Shown here in pieces: positions 11,635 to 26,689 of a DNA stretch of 64,000 nucleotides (position 1 is the stretch's first letter; the number at the start of each line of letters is the position of its first letter). The DNA is from Phoronis australis. Its lineage: Eukaryota; Animalia; Phoronida. The stretch is from contig NMRA01000027.1 in NCBI GenBank assembly GCA_002633005.1, positions 1,105,788-1,169,787 on the forward strand, in the 5' to 3' direction. Under the pieces are notes generated by a model. It had not been told where the DNA came from. It worked only from the letters and a program-made list of their open reading frames with translations, and did not search any database. Position numbers and translations under genes: made by a program.

Positions 11635-14600
11635 GTAAGTGCCCTGATATGATCCATTCACCTGGTGTAAGTTGTTATGGAACTTGAGCATAACATGAAC
11701 AAAAACCACATTGAAATCGATGCAGATATTTTGACAGTTCAGATGTATTAAAGAGCAACGTTTTAAGCACTTCGCTCTGTCAATGATGTATGATAAAATG
11801 CTGGAGATTGGTGGAGGAAAAGCAGGAGCAAACTTTTATCACGAGACATCCAAAGGATAGTCAAATGCAAGATAAACTACTGTTAGTTCTTGTATATCTT
11901 TCTTTGTGAGTTATCCCTAAGATGTCTCGTATTTTGTGTTTAAGTCAGGTGTGTTTTTTTGTTACGCATTTTAAAAGGACACCGGTTTTACGTCCAAAGA
12001 ATGAATTTTGGGGGTTATTTTGGACAGGGATAGACTTCTTGAAATTATTAGCTTTAACCACAGCTTTATGACAGCAGAATCTGTTGTTTTCAAGGTCTTA
12101 TATTATAAATCGCGAATTCTTTCCGTTGCCTGCCATCTAGTTAAATGCACTTAAAACAACACTCCTGCATCTCCACATAAACTTGCAAAAATAATTTTTG
12201 ATTTAGACAATGCAGACAATAGGTCTTGAATTGTTCCATTCTTATCAATATGCCTCTAGGAAAGATTTTGAATCGTGGGATGAACGGTTGTCAGTATAAA
12301 GCAGGCTCAAAGAGTTGTGTTGTCCTTTGTCAAGTCTGCACAAAGCATTGGTTTCAAGCAACACTCGTCAGCTCTTCTCACTCCCAAGCCCAGGAAACAC
12401 ATGATCTTATCTGATTAGGAAATATCAACCAGTTTTATATTGGCAAACAGTCTTGGTCAAAAGTGCCCAACTTTTTGTCACAATGTGGGTACTGGTAGCA
12501 GCTTTGAGAATTGTATTGCCAATTTTGGCATTGCCTGCAATGATAACTACATTCTTCAGTCTGGGGTATTGTTTAAGGCTCATTGATTGCCTACCATTTA
12601 TTTGTGTCTTATCTTGTGAATTGGTCCCTTAGTAATGTGTATTCACTAGACTGAATATAAATTCCTCTCAAGCATTGCTGGATGTAGTGCATCCCTTCAA
12701 GGTTACTATAGAAACGCATCAAATCTCTCAATGCCTATGAAGGACCTTACATTTCCACCATATGTAGTTACAGAGCCAGGTGATTTTTATTGCCATTGAA
12801 CGGAAACATACCTGGGAGCGAGGGTTATTGTTAAGAGAAAGTCATTAATAAACACAGGGTTCTTTGTTCTGAAAATTATGTTGAAGAGTGTATCTACATG
12901 AGAATATTAGATGTACTATCATGTATGTAATAGTGATTACAAAGTCTAAAAGTAAATGACAATTAGTATATTAAACAAGATGAAGTTAGTATCAGACTAT
13001 GGATCATGGATCATTCTCAAACTGCAAATTTCACAGTTCACACTTGATGTTTTCAGACACTGTATGATATTGTTCTGTCTGTTGAAGCTTACATTTTGCA
13101 TGTCTTTCACTTTTGATATTTCTTCAATGTTGGTTCATGCTCTCCATTGATTATTTTAGCATTCAATGCATAAGAAATTGTGAATGTCAAAGCACCATTT
13201 CACCAAGTGTTAAGCTGGTTAAAATAGAACAAAAACGAATTCGGCTTTTTGCTTTTATGAGATAGAATTCCATTTACATTTACCAACTCGAGCTGCAGGC
13301 AATGCGTACCTATACAACATTTTCGAAATCTCAACTTTAGAGTTGGCCAAAACCAGTAAACTTTGAAGTGCTACTGTTTCTTTCGATGTTCTTGTTGGTA
13401 ACAGAAATGGAATCCTATCATAGTAAGAAATATTATAAGAATGGTTCCATAAGAGTTAAAGGCCTAAATTGATTTTTGTTTCGTAGCCAAACAATCCGAT
13501 ATGCAACTTTAAACACTAAGAATTCCAGATTGGTTACATTGTTCCACACCCATGTATAACTATTAGTTAAAATCTGATCCCTGCGTGTGATAATCTCAGT
13601 CTTACCATCACATCCAATAATCAATATTTCACAGTTACCTCTAATTAGCGGATATTGTCAAAGACATTTTGTAGGCGCTGTAGAAATCGGCAGCCTTTGA
13701 AGCTGTCTAAAATGCCTGATAGAATGTTGATCAACTCTGACCTGTTCGGTCTTCATTAACCTGTGACTACCCACTACTCCATTAAATGTCATTACAGCCG
13801 GGGGGGGGGGGGGGNATTACGGTAGTTTGCATAAGTTTTGAAGCCTTAAATATAGACAATGAATTGTTTGATTTTGCAGCTGTAGCATTTTTGTACATGC
13901 AAACTTGTCAATTTTAGTGGTTAATAATCCAATTTCACCCACCTTGTGTGGTGCTATCGAAAGATATCTGTACAGAAAATTACCATCATTTTGAATGCCA
14001 AGAAACATTTCACGCCATCAGCTTGTTGGCATATAATCGTGTATCTTTGTGGAGGTTGAGGAGAACCTGAATGTATGAAATTGGATATGTTGTGCATTAA
14101 TAGTATCTAGTTAGTGTATCTGTGTTAAAAAATTCAATTAATTTTAAGTTTATTCTTTATACTCAACAGCCTGCTTAAGTATAATGGTATATGGACTTGT
14201 TTTGAATAATTATGTAAAGTATAATGGTATTCAGCGCTACCAACTCTGTTCTTATATTCCAGAGGATAATTTCAGGAGGGCATTCTCACCGCTCTGCGTC
14301 ATTGGCACAAAAATAGTTTCATTGAGACACTGTGCTTGCTTAAGGATATCTCCAACTTTATTCATAAAAATTGGCCATTTTTTACAATATTTCAGATTGT
14401 AGCAAAATGCACCAACGAGGTGCACTTATGATAGAATGGCGCCAGGGGAAACAAAGACAAAACATAGTTTTGATCCTAAGGGAGTTGTGCGTCTACATGC
14501 ATACGACCGTACGAATGCTACGAGTCACCTGTGGCCTCTGTGGTCATGAACAAAGAAAGTTGTGAAAAGAGATAAATCCTCACCCTAATTTCTTAATTCA

Positions 14601-17600
14601 ATTAATAAGTTGACATTTCGATATTTCGATCTCATATTAACGATATACTTTAACCACTTGTTGTCCAGTTCTTACTTGGTTTCGTATTAGTCTCAAAGCA
14701 CGTGACATGTACAGGCTATGTGTATAACAATGAACTGTGACCTACTTAGAAAGTAGGCCGTAAACAACAATAGAAGTTGGCTGGGAACGATAGGTCTGTT
14801 TGAGGTTTTAATGATAATTAAGTTAGTTATGCACTGCAAAATCAGTTGACATTGCGAGGGAACGTTGAAATAGCTAACATAGTTAAGGATTGTATAGGTT
14901 ATGTGTACCGAAAACAAGTTTTCACCGAATAATTAACCGAAAACTTTGAGATTATCACTTGTCCCAGTTTATTAGGCTTTTTCTCGACTTCGGCAAATCG
15001 ACTTTATATGAACTTAGAAACACTAGTTCTCGAAAACGGCTTGGTGGATTTCGCTGAAACTTTCCAAACTTAATATTTAGTCATCAATCTCAAAAAATCT
15101 GTTAGGATTTTCATTATTAAGACCTAGTTTTTGCGTAATGTAACAAAGACGAATACGACTTCAATTTTTTACTAAAATACCTTGCATTTTTCGAGTTGAT
15201 TTGTCATAGAAACCAAATGAAGTGACTAATCGAAAATTCCTAACAGCATTTTTGAGGTAACTGGTGAAGTTTTGATTTAAAAAAGTTTCATTAAAATCAA
15301 CCCAGGGGTTATTTTGTTATGAAAGTAACTTTCTTAAAAATGAAATTTTGACTTTAAAAAGTTTTTACGTAAAAATAATAATGGGATATAAATACCAAAA
15401 GTGTATTTATATTTCCTGGTCTTTGTTCTTTCAGAAAATATAACTTTTACTAGATGACAAAGCTTACTTTTTTGATACGAGTTAGAATGGAGGCCACTAA
15501 ATAAGGTTGGAGATAACCTTAACTTGGGTCGGCAGGCCCATTAAAATTGGAAGCAAAAAAAGACTAAAAACTAACATGGCCCACAGGTCCTCCAAATCGG
15601 CCCATCTATTTGAGGCTGTGTGGGTCAATTCACCCACACCCACATTTTCTAAAATGATCTCTGTAGTCTTGAAGATGAATTTCTTCTCATGTTGTGAACG
15701 TATAATATAAGATTACTTTCTGCATGTCATCGATAAAATTTGCTCATTGTTAAGTCTTGCATCGATGAGTTTGTTATCAGCTTATTGACCAGTAAAGATT
15801 TCTACATGGTCAGACTCTTCATTCACATTTCACACTTCACCGCTTCATTCTCGTCAGCTCCTGTCTCCTCATGTCTGTCTTGTAAATTTGCAAAACTGAT
15901 CATGTGCTTGTCAGTCATGCTTTTCATTGTATCTCTGCATGTGAATGAGTACGGCCATATTGATCCATTGTCAGAGATCAGGGTCATTTTCATACCTTGT
16001 CTTGATTAATAACCACAAACAGGTATGTCTTAATTAATACTGATACCTCATACATACCTTGAAAAGTAATTTTCGTGTCCAAGAGCTTATTGTCATGGTT
16101 CTTTGCCCAAGTTCAAGCACTGAGAGGAAGTTTTTGATAAAAAATGAATGACTTGCTGACTTAAGGATCACCATGTAGCTAACCATGCACTGGTTCTGTC
16201 TTGCTAAGTTTATTAATCAACCTTCTTGGCCAAGGTTTTGAAGTTTACCAGATTTTTGCCATAAACCTGATGATGATGATTTAGACTCCTTTTGTGGTAA
16301 AGGTCCATGTAGCGCCATCTGTGGGAATCATTGTTGTGGTTCATGTTTTTGGTGTGCAACCTTGTTGTGAGTTAGCAATTCCCGATTGAATTGATAACGG
16401 CCCGAATGGATTTCCTTGAAAAGATTCACTGTTACTAATTTCATTTATTCCACTTTGAAGTTTGCGGTTTCACCGTGGCCAAGTTAGCATATCGGGGTAG
16501 GTGAATTTTGAGTGATTGAAAGAATACCTTTCATTTACCTCCAGTCTTGCTGAACAATGTAGTGTGCAGTTTTATTGCTGACTTATTGTGTGTCAAGAGA
16601 GCACAGACTTGCAGAATGGGTGAATGGAATGCTAAATGGATTTTTGTGACTTCCCATGGTCTGCCCTTGGTCTCACTGTAAAGTCATTATGACTGCAAAC
16701 CTCAGACTGCCAACCATACAAGACACAGCTGTTGTAGGAAATGATGCTTAAGTCATGTGACAGCTGATGACTAATCAACATTTGATCTTTTTTTCATGAT
16801 AATGACTGCAACTTGATACTTGTTTAAACGACACCATTTAACTTTTCCCTGCTTTGAGGGAAATTACATCTGACATCCTTTTAGCATTTTGTATAATATT
16901 TGTCTTGCCAATCAAACAAGAAAAATGTGGCGTTGTTTGCTCTACCTTTTTGTGGTATGAGTGTTTACTTATTTCAGATTTAATCATTTTATTCATAGCT
17001 GAATGTTTTCTCCTAAGAAATGACGCGACTTCTCCTCTGGCTGGCACATTTTTGAAAACGTCTCTTTCATTTCTTTTTGTACTTGTCACACAGACTGAGT
17101 TGAAAAACTTGTTTGCTTTTGCCAAAAGCTTGGCCTAAAAACTACTTCATTTGAAATCCAATACATAGCTGTTAAAAAGCTGTGTTTCCATTCCTAACTT
17201 TAACTCTATACATGTAGTGTTGACCCTAGTGTACAAATATGTTTGTATATAGAGGTGTGAATAGTATGTTGACACTGTGACTATTGTGTCATTGTTGACG
17301 CTAAAGCTTACCTTTAATAACCAGCCAGGTATATGAACAATACCATGCCTGATGTAGCCCTGATTAGGTGAGAGCCATTACTATCCACCTGGCTTCTCCA
17401 TTTTTCAAATTCTGATCACTGCCTTGGTTTACTGTTGTCCCCTTGAGTCATGCTTATTAAAAACACTTTCATAGCATATTGTCTTGTTAACGTAGGAACC
17501 TGATTAGCTCCAAGTTTTCTGGATAACAGTGCTAAAGAATGGCACTACGGTAACTCATGTTTGTGAATGAAGTCTTCATGTTCTCTGTTTATCTCGGGTA

Positions 17601-19999
17601 AGTTGAGAAGTTATATTGCAGACTTTGTGATACGCAATGCATTTTTAAGCTAGGATTTTGGTATATTTAGTGGTATTTGTGTTGACATACATTTGGGAAG
17701 TTATTTATGATCAATCATGTGCTTGTAGTTTTGAAACAGAAACTTTTTGCATGCGTCATACTTTCTGGGCCCTTGGCATTCTGATAATTTGCACATTTCT
17801 ATCGGCTGGAGACCCATGTCACCAGAGTTCGCTTGATGCCGCTGCATTTTTGTTTCTTTACCGGGATTCACAGTTTGTATTGTTTGAAACTGAGTCAGCT
17901 TAGATGATCAGCTTTGAACTTTGAAATTCATAAATCGTTCTGAGTGAGTCCTTAACGTGCGCATTAAAATTCCTCCAATTCAGTTGTCCTACCTTCAACA
18001 AAAAGAGCATTTGTCTGCGATTGGTCAAAAGATAATCTGTTCATTCCCTGCTTTACAACATGGCACAGATATGTCTAACACTGAGGTGGTAGCTAAATCC
18101 CAGCAACTAAGATTCTATCACCTGGATAAGAAAGGATAAAGACTTTGTAAACGGTTATCTCCAGCCACTGTATGAAAGCTGATAGAGAAATCAACATTCT
18201 TTACGATCTGGAGGATGATGGTCAGTTTGTACTCTATGTGATCTGTCGATGATGACCCAGTTAGCTGGCAAGGTCAAGGTGACACTTGGTTCCTTATGCA
18301 TGTGAAACATTCAGAAAGAATCTTCAATTTGGGACGAACATAAAAATTGCTTAAATTGGTATCATCTTATTGTTCTGAGGCTTACTACATCGCTGCAAAT
18401 GCTAAAAATTTTAACGAATGCTGTTTTATGAGTTTACTGTGCAAAGTATGCCACAAGCAGATTAAAATTTCCTGAAAAGTTATTTTTAATGAATAATTGT
18501 ATGAAATATAATTTCTGAAGACCTTATGTGGTGTTGCGTTAAGCATTTAATAAGTATAAGTATTTGTGTCTCCCTAACTTCCGAGTACTAGCAGCAGCAC
18601 TTGGAGCAGGTTGGCCTGTCCAGAATTTAGTTACGGTAAAGTCGCGTGATTTTCGGACACTGAAAATTAATTCCAATAGAAAAAATTCATTCTTGGATGA
18701 ATCTCGCGAAATATCATTTTGTGGTGTCCGAATTTGGCGGACCTCCAAATTTGGGTTTCCGCTAGTGTCCGAATTTCGTGGGTGTACATTATTTCGATGA
18801 GCGGTCGTAGTATCAACAATGCTGGCTCGGTCATTTGATAGCAGTATAATTGCAGGTAAATGNTGCACTGGTTACACTGTGTGCAGTAAATGCACCTCAG
18901 ATACTGCCGCTGAAAATGAAGACAAAGGTTGTGATATTGTAAAAGTAACATTGATAAGAACACATGTCTCCTGTAAACATATCTTAGTGAATAAAACATT
19001 CCTTAGGCTTGTAATAATAATTTAAACTCAATGCAAATTCTAAATTGAAATTTCTTCATGAATGTTGTGGAAATGCACGGAGTTGTTGTTGCGCAGTCAT
19101 GTGTGACATTCTATATTGACAGCTTGGGAATTTTCTGCTTAACACTGGTACAAGGTCTGACGTGTTTGTGCATACATTGTGTAACAGTTTTAGCACATTT
19201 TGGTAGAGCGGAGAAACAGCCAGTGGTTCTACACATTAATATTCAAAAGTGTGCAGTCAACGTCTCTGTGTTCGGAAAAATTTGGGACAATCAGTTATTA
19301 GGGAGGGGTGAATTTATAGCACGTTCTTGGTCAGCAATCTGATTGCAAAAACTTCTTTAATTCTGGAATTTGAGACAAGGACGACTTTGGTGTTCACTGT
19401 GTTTCTCAAACTTCGGATTATGTGTTTTCAATCTGCAGATTGGGTAATTTTGCCGTCTTTCCTGTGATTCTTGAATTTGGGACGGCCAATGTTGTCTATT
19501 TCTTGAATTTGGGACAATCTCCGACCTTGCGCTATAAAATTCATTTTTCATTGTCTCAAGTTGGAGAATTTTTGCCATAACATTTTTATAATGTTTTGAC
19601 CAAGTGGAGAAAGTCGGCTTTTGGTTATAGAATCAGTAATGATATGATTATGAGTGCAGGTACTTGTTTCAACTAAAATCACCATCATCAGGAAAAACAA
19701 ATCCTTAGCATTTTTGTTGAATAAACACAATTTAGTAGTCCTGCATTGAATTCCATCCGAGTTGTGGACGCAAACAACATTCTCTGCCTTTATGCACATA
19801 CAGTTTATTGAACCAAACATGTACAAAATGCAGTTCACCATGCTAACACGTTCAACCAGGAGAGGAACAGACTGATCGAAAAGTTTCCACTTTTGGAAAT
19901 TTGCAGATTTGGTTATTTAGCTCTGTACATTGCAAACACGTTTTTGGAGACATTGAGTTGTGGGGTGTCAATCATAGGTTCACAGTTTCGTGAGCCAAG

Positions 20000-20828
20000 T
20001 GAGTTGTTTTTAACTTCATGTAAAATTTTAACCTCTTGGTGACACCATTCCAAAGCCCAGAAAAAGTGTTTCCTTAATTACATAATCTTTTGCAGAAATA
20101 CAACGAAATTTATATGCAGATACAAAATCAGGTGAAAAGGCATTGGTCATGGATAGTTGCGCTGTTTCCGGTTTTCATGTCAGCGTTGCTGATCCACGTG
20201 TTTGTGTTTACGGTTGATCATCCACTAGTTTACCTCTGAATCTTAAAGGATCGTCATTGGATTTTCATAAAATTTGGCAGTTAGGCATCTATTAGTGAGA
20301 TGACGCTATCTTCCGGTTTTCGGTAAAATTCGAGGCATTTTGCACCACCTTGTGGCCATTTTTACTGTTTTCAAGTCTGGTTTTTGGCGTCCGCCGTTTT
20401 ATCAAACAAACCGCTCTAGTGATGATTTTGAAAATTGGCATATATGTTCTTTCTCTGAAGAGGGCAGCTGATGATGATTTTCCGATGACTTGAAATACTA
20501 TGGTGCCTCCTAGTGGCAGTTTTGTTTGTTTTTGCGCCCATGGCTTTATCTACTTTGGCGCCTCTTAGTGGCAGTTAATGTTTTGTGCGCTTATAGCCTG
20601 TTAGTGGCAACTTCATTTTTTCATTTTCGTCTGTTTTCTCAGAAGTTCCTTGATGGATTTTTATGAAATTTGGTAAATAGCTTTGATGACACATACAAGA
20701 TCTCAGATGGATTCGACATATTTTACGACAGCTATTTGCCATTTTTAAGCTCCAAATAAACACCCCTAGAAGCACACCGTTAACAGTGCATTCGTGGGCA
20801 CATTTTAACGCTCCGTGTTGCTCTTGTA
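20000..20828 (+). mobile_element. Possible Helentron-associated (HINE/DINE-1-like) non-autonomous element; partial copy at ~23300-23792
   Basis: Internal repeats (GCCTCCTAGTGGCAGTT-like), 'AAATTTGGTA/AAATTGGCA' motifs and a 3' end ...GTTGCTCTTGT. The 5' boundary is uncertain. Confidence 0.35.
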
Positions 20829-21670
20829 AATGTGTTTGTAATATCTAAATTATCTGGTAATAAAGGAGGACAGTGCACCTAGCACAAAATTCATGCTTTT
20901 CCTGTTTGAGTTCTGTATCATTGCAATAGCAATAGTTTTTAAAATAATTTGCGCATTGACACTAATGTTAGAAGCCCTTGGAAATGAAAATGTCTAATTT
21001 TTGTTGTCATGTTTGTCCAAAAATCAATGAGATCTTATATTTTTGTTTCTGCAAAGGTTTTTGCTTTGACAAGAGTGATTCCTAAATATGTCAACTAAAG
21101 CTAATCCTTTCCCAATATTTCGGACAATTCATGAGACATCACAATTGGGTATTCTTCTCTATAAAGATGAAATTAGGCTCTCATGATGCTCAGACCTGTT
21201 TTCCTTTTCTCGTGATTTATTCCTTGTTTTCTCATATCCACTACAAGTCTTGTGTCCAGCCTGTCAGTCAATAAAAAGCATTTGGAAGAACACTCCTAAA
21301 AACTGCATTCCATTATCAACTCTTCACTGGTTAGCAACTGAACATCCTCAACAATTTCGCTCCCAGTTTTATTGACAGATCGTAATCACTGACATGTTGA
21401 AAGGTACATGTCTCATCCCTTGATATAGCTAACACCTCAGTAGTAATCTGGGTTTTCAAATATGTTAAAATATGAGACTTGATTGTACTGGGATTTTCAG
21501 GAACAGCCCACAACAGGAAAAAGCTCTATGGGTGTTTTTGGAAATAGGGTTCGAAAAAATACGAAAGACATGGTCACATGAGCCAATCAATTGCAGGTAC
21601 GAAGTTAAAAATCAATTTCTGCAGACTTTCTATTTTCAGAAAATATATACTGTTAAATTACATAGTTTTG

Positions 21671-21909
21671 TTGGTGGCAGTGTGGCCAGGTTGATAAGTG
21701 CCCGCTTTCTTTACTCGAGGTCGTGGGTTCAAGTCCCACCAGGTCACACTGCTAAACCCTTGAGTCAGGTTTCTAGCTCCTCAGCTCGGTTTTAACCATA
21801 TATTAATAAAGCATAAAAATATTTCCTGGTGATCAGTGCAATGGGCCCACATGCGAGGCCTGCGCACGTCTGGTACAACGTGTATCAGACCGCCTGCAAT
21901 TACTTTTCT
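21671..21909 (+). mobile_element. tRNA-derived SINE, copy 2
   Basis: Same sequence family as 2449-2692, with B box GGTTCAAGTCC. TSD TTACATAGTTTTG at 21658-21670 and 21910-21922. Confidence 0.9.
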
Positions 21910-24639
21910 TTACATAGTTTTGTAGATAGTTGGCTAAACCCCAACACTTGTCAATAAGGTTTCACACAACTGTAAAAGCCGATGGCTAAATGAGAGAGGT
22001 GTGTGTGGCATTTCAACTTTCCGCAAGAGCTTCACAATTTTTCAGAAGGACTCTAGAGACTGTTCTTCAATGCAAAGTCATGTCATTGAAATGATCGTTT
22101 CTGAAACAGCCCATTGTAAGACTTGTTGATAAAGAATATTTTTATTGAATGCAGTAAATATTTGTGCATCTTGAGTAAGTGTTCAAGTCAAGAAATGGGC
22201 ATAAAGGATTTACAAAACTCTTCGTCAGCTCAAAATATCCACAATGTAACTTCATTGGTGGATTCATTGACAGAAATATCTGACAACCAATATAACAAAG
22301 AATTCAAATCATCAGCGAAAGGGAACTTTAGTCAACCTTTTTAGGAAGAACTATTCCATAACTGTGTGACTGCCCCTTCATAAAAATGTCGTTTCAAAGC
22401 ATAAATATTAGATGTCTTGATGTTGTACAAAAACAGTTCTCAAAAGTGATCATTTTTTAAAGGCTTCAAACATTGTCGTATCAAAACATTTGTCTTATGT
22501 TAGCTTATGATATAGAAATTAAACGTTAAGTTGATTCTACTCATCGGCTGTGAAGAAATAAAATTTCATTTGTCCACTATCTTAAATTGGCGAGATTTAC
22601 TGAATAACTTGCGTTACATTAAAACCAGCATAATTGTAGCGTAGAAGGATAAAATGTCAGTGTGAATCACTGTGTGTATTGGTCATCTTTGCTAAAATTC
22701 ATTGAGCTCGAAGTTTCAATTTCTATTGTGGCACTAGAATACTTTTAGTGTACTGTGCCCCGGTTTCATGAAACAGTCCCAAATAGGGACTCAAAGTTCC
22801 CTTAATGGTTTGCGTATTTATTTCATTTTTCTCTCACAGATGTTGTGTGTTGCTATCATTTTATCTTCATTGAGAGCTCCTCTTTGACTAGCGACATTTT
22901 GTTACAATATTTACTAAAAACTGACCCCTGATTTCAGTCAAAATGATTAGAGACTTGTCCTGAAAAGATCCCTGCTCAGTTTCANGGTCTGACCGTGTTT
23001 GTGTATACATTGTGTAACAGTTTTAGCACATTTTTGTAGAGCGGAGAAACAGCCAGTGGTTCTACACATTAATATTCAAAAGTGTGCAGTCAATGTCTCT
23101 GTGTTCGGAAAAATTTGGGACAATCAGTTATCGGGGAGGGGTGAATTTATAGCATGTTCTTGGTCAGCAATCTGATTGCAGTAAAACTTCTTTAATTCTG
23201 GAATTTGAGACAAGGACAACTTTGGTGTTCACCGTGTTTCTCAAATTTCGGATTATGTGTTTTCAATCTGCAGACTGGGTAATTTTGCCGTCTTTCCTGG
23301 CAGTTAGGCATCTATTAGTGAGATGACGATGTCATCCGGTTTTGGGTTAAATTCGAGGCATTTTGCTCCACCTTGTGGCCATTTTTACTGTTTTCGAGTC
23401 TTGTTATTTGGCGTCTATCCCTCTGTCAACCAAACCCCTCTAAGGATGTTTGTAGAAATTTGCATTTATGTTCCTTATGGGAAGAGGAAGTCTGACGATG
23501 ATTTTCCAATGACTTTATTTTGGCGTCTCTTAGTGGCAGTTAACGTTTTGTGCGCTTATAGCCTGTTAGTGGCAATTTCATTTTTTCATTTTCGTCTGTT
23601 TTCTCAAAAGTTCCTTGGTGGATTTTTATGAAATTTGGTAAATAGCTTTGATGATACATACAAGTTCTCAGGTGGATTTGACATATTTTGCGACAGCTAT
23701 TTGCCATTTTTAAGCTCCAAATAAACACACCTAGAAACACACCGTTAACAGTGCATTCGTGGGTGCATTTCAACGCTTCGCGTTGCTCTTGTAAATGTGT
23801 TTGTAATATCTTAATTATCAGGTAATAAAGGAGGACAGTGTACCTAGCACAAAATTCATGCTTGGTTTTCCCTGTTTAAGTTCTGTATCATTGCAATAGC
23901 AATTGTTTTTAAAATAATTTCCACATTGACACTAATGTTAGAAGCCCTTGGAAATGAAAATGTCTAATTATTGTCGTTATGTTTGTCCAAAATCAATGAG
24001 ATTTTATTTTTTTGTTTCTGCAAAGGTTTTTGCTTTGACAAGAGTGATTCCTAAATATGTCAACTAAAGCTATCCTTTCCCAATATTTCGGACAATTCAT
24101 GCGACATCACAATTGGGTGTTCTCTATAAAGATGAAATTAGGCTCTGATGATGCTCAGACCTGTTTTCTTTTTGTCGTGATTTATTCCTTGTTTTCTCAT
24201 ATCCACTACAAGTCTTGTGTCCAGCCTGTCAGTCAATAAAAAGCATTTGGAAGAACACTCCTAAAAACTGCATTCCGTTATCAACTCTTCACTGGTTAGC
24301 AACTGAACATCCTCAACAATTTTGCCCCCCGTTTTATTGACAGATTGTAATCACTGACATGTTGAAAGGTACGTGTCTCATCCCTTGATATAGCTAACAC
24401 CTCAGTAGTAATCTGGGTTTTCAAATATGTTAAAATATGAGACTTGATTATACTGGGATTTTCAGGAACAGCCAACGACAGGAAAAGGCTCTATGGGTTT
24501 TTTTTGAAATAGGGTTCGAAAAAATATGAAAGACATGGTCACATGACCCAATCAATTGCAGATTGGTACGAAGTTAAAAATCAATTTCTGCAGACTTTCT
24601 ATTTTTGGAAAATATATACTGTTAAATTACATAGTTTTG

Positions 24640-24878
24640 GAGGAGGCAGTGTGGCCTGGTTGATAAATGCCCGCTTTCTTTACTCGAGGTCGTGGGTTCA
24701 AGTCCCACCAGGTCACACTGCTAAACCCTTGAGCCAGGTTTCTAGCTCCTCAGCTCGGTTTTAACCATATATTAATAAAGCATAAAAGTATTTCCAGGTG
24801 ATCAGTGCAATGGGCCCACATGCGAGGCCTGCGCACGTCTGGTACAACGTGTATCAGACCGCCTGCAATTATTTTTCT
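24640..24878 (+). mobile_element. tRNA-derived SINE, copy 3 (the same insertion as copy 2, within the duplicated segment)
   Basis: Same TSD TTACATAGTTTTG and same flanks as copy 2. Confidence 0.9.
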
Positions 24879-25722
24879 TTACATAGTTTTGTAGATAGTT
24901 GGCTAAACCCCAACACTTGTCAATAAGGTTTCACACAACTGTAAAAGCCGATGGCTAAATGAGAGAGGTGTGTGTGGTATTTCAACTTTCCGCAAGAGCT
25001 TCACAATTTTTCAGAAGGACTCTACAGACTGTTCTTCAATGCAAAGTCATGTCATTGAAATGATCGTTTCTGAAACAGCCCATTGTAAGACTTGTTGATA
25101 AAGAATATTTTTATTGAATGCAGTAAATATTTGTGCATCTTGAGTAAGTGTTCAAGTCAAGAAATGGGCATAAAGGATTTACAAAACTCTTCGTCAGCTC
25201 AAAATATCCACAAAGTAACTTCATTGGTGGATTCATTGACAGAAATATCTGACAACCAATATAACAAAGAATTCAAATCATCAGCGAAAGGGAACTTTAG
25301 TCAACCTTTTTAGGAAGAACTATTCCATAACTGTGTGACTGCCCCTTCATAAAAATGTCGTTTCAAAGCATAAATATTAGATGTCTTGATGTTGTACAAA
25401 AACAGTTCTCAAAAGTGATCATTTTTTAAAGGCTTCAAACATTGTCGTATCAAAACATTTGTCTTATGTTAGCTTATGATATAGAAATTAAACGTTAAGT
25501 TGATTCTACTCATCGGCTGTGAAGAAATAAAATTTCATTTGTCCACTATCTTAAATTGGCGAGATTTACTGAATAACTTGCATTACATTAAAACCAGCAT
25601 AATTGTAGCGTAGAAGGATAAAATGTCAGTGTGAATCACTGTGTGTATTGGTCATCTGTGCTAAAATTCATTGAGCTCGAAGTTTCAATTTCTATTGTGG
25701 CACTAGAATACTTTTAGTGTCC

Positions 25723-26130
25723 TGTGCCCGGTTTCATGAAACAGTCCCAAATAGGGACTCAAAGTTCCCTTAATGGTTTGCATATTTATTTCATTTTTCT
25801 CTCACAGATGTTGTGTGTTGCTATCATTTTATCTTCATTGAGAGCTCCTCTTTGACTAGCGACATTTTGTTACAATATTTACTAAAAACTGACCCCTGAT
25901 TTCAGTCAAAATGATTAGAGACTTGTCCTGAAAAGATCCCTGCTCAGTTTCAATAATAATGAGAATTCACTCTTGATTTGTATCGAAGTCAAAAATTGAC
26001 TTAGTAATGAGACTCAAACAGCATAAGAAAGGACAATCAGTGTTTTTTTTTAACAAGCCCACAAACACAAAGGAGATTTAGGGAACTTAGTTGAATCCCT
26101 ATTTTAGACTGTTTCATGTAACTGGGCACA
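25723..26130. mobile_element. PIF/Harbinger-like MITE; a truncated copy starts at ~22754
   Basis: TIRs TGTGCCCGGTTTCATGAAACAGTC and GACTGTTTCATGTAACTGGGCACA. Confidence 0.7.
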
Positions 26131-26689
26131 AAAGCATCGAATCATATTTGTATTTAGATAACCTGGCTGTATCAGCTGGGGCTTTCTGGTAACTAAATAG
26201 TGAACAACTTGTCCACTTTGAGGGTCATCCATAACCTGGCAACTGCAGGCCACACCACAAACATTTTCAAGTCTTTTATCTAGAGCTGTTTTTACTCGGG
26301 TGCGAGTTGTCACAGCACGACTTGCTCCACTTCAGTCACATTTACACACCAGGCTTGTATCAATGATATTGGTTAAAAGTTGAAAATGATCCTTATTGCT
26401 CGAGTCCGTTCCTTGCACATGATGTGACTAGGTGCGGGGCCCTCAATTACTGGATTTTGGGGCCAAATATTGGCTGCATTCCCGTCTGAAATTTATTCTA
26501 AAAATCACGCAAAATTGCCACCATGAGGCCCAAAACTTCCCCTCAAGTGATTAAAATATTCCCCTTGAGGTTCAGACCACTCACACAGGCGATGAGTTAA
26601 AACAGCACAAAATGTTAGTTTCGGCTACTTGCCTCCTTGAGACATAGCGTAATGAGTTCTGGAGGACAGGAGTGGGGGTGCAATTGATG

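Larger units (their letters stand above)
19154..25952 (+). repeat. Tandem segmental duplication (19154-22984 and 22986-25952) joined at an N; probably uncollapsed haplotypes
   Basis: Sequence after the N at 22985 restarts at the 19154 sequence. Copy 2 lacks 19465-20276. Both copies carry the same SINE at the same site. Confidence 0.9.

Noticed and set aside
13800-13816. G-run as a G-quadruplex or regulatory element
   Set aside because: It abuts an N gap and is probably a sequencing or assembly break.
21472-25313. Pairs of near-identical small ORFs (21472/24543, 22123/25092, 20575/23540) suggesting a gene family
   Set aside because: They arise from the segmental duplication and SINE sequence, and have no protein-like features.
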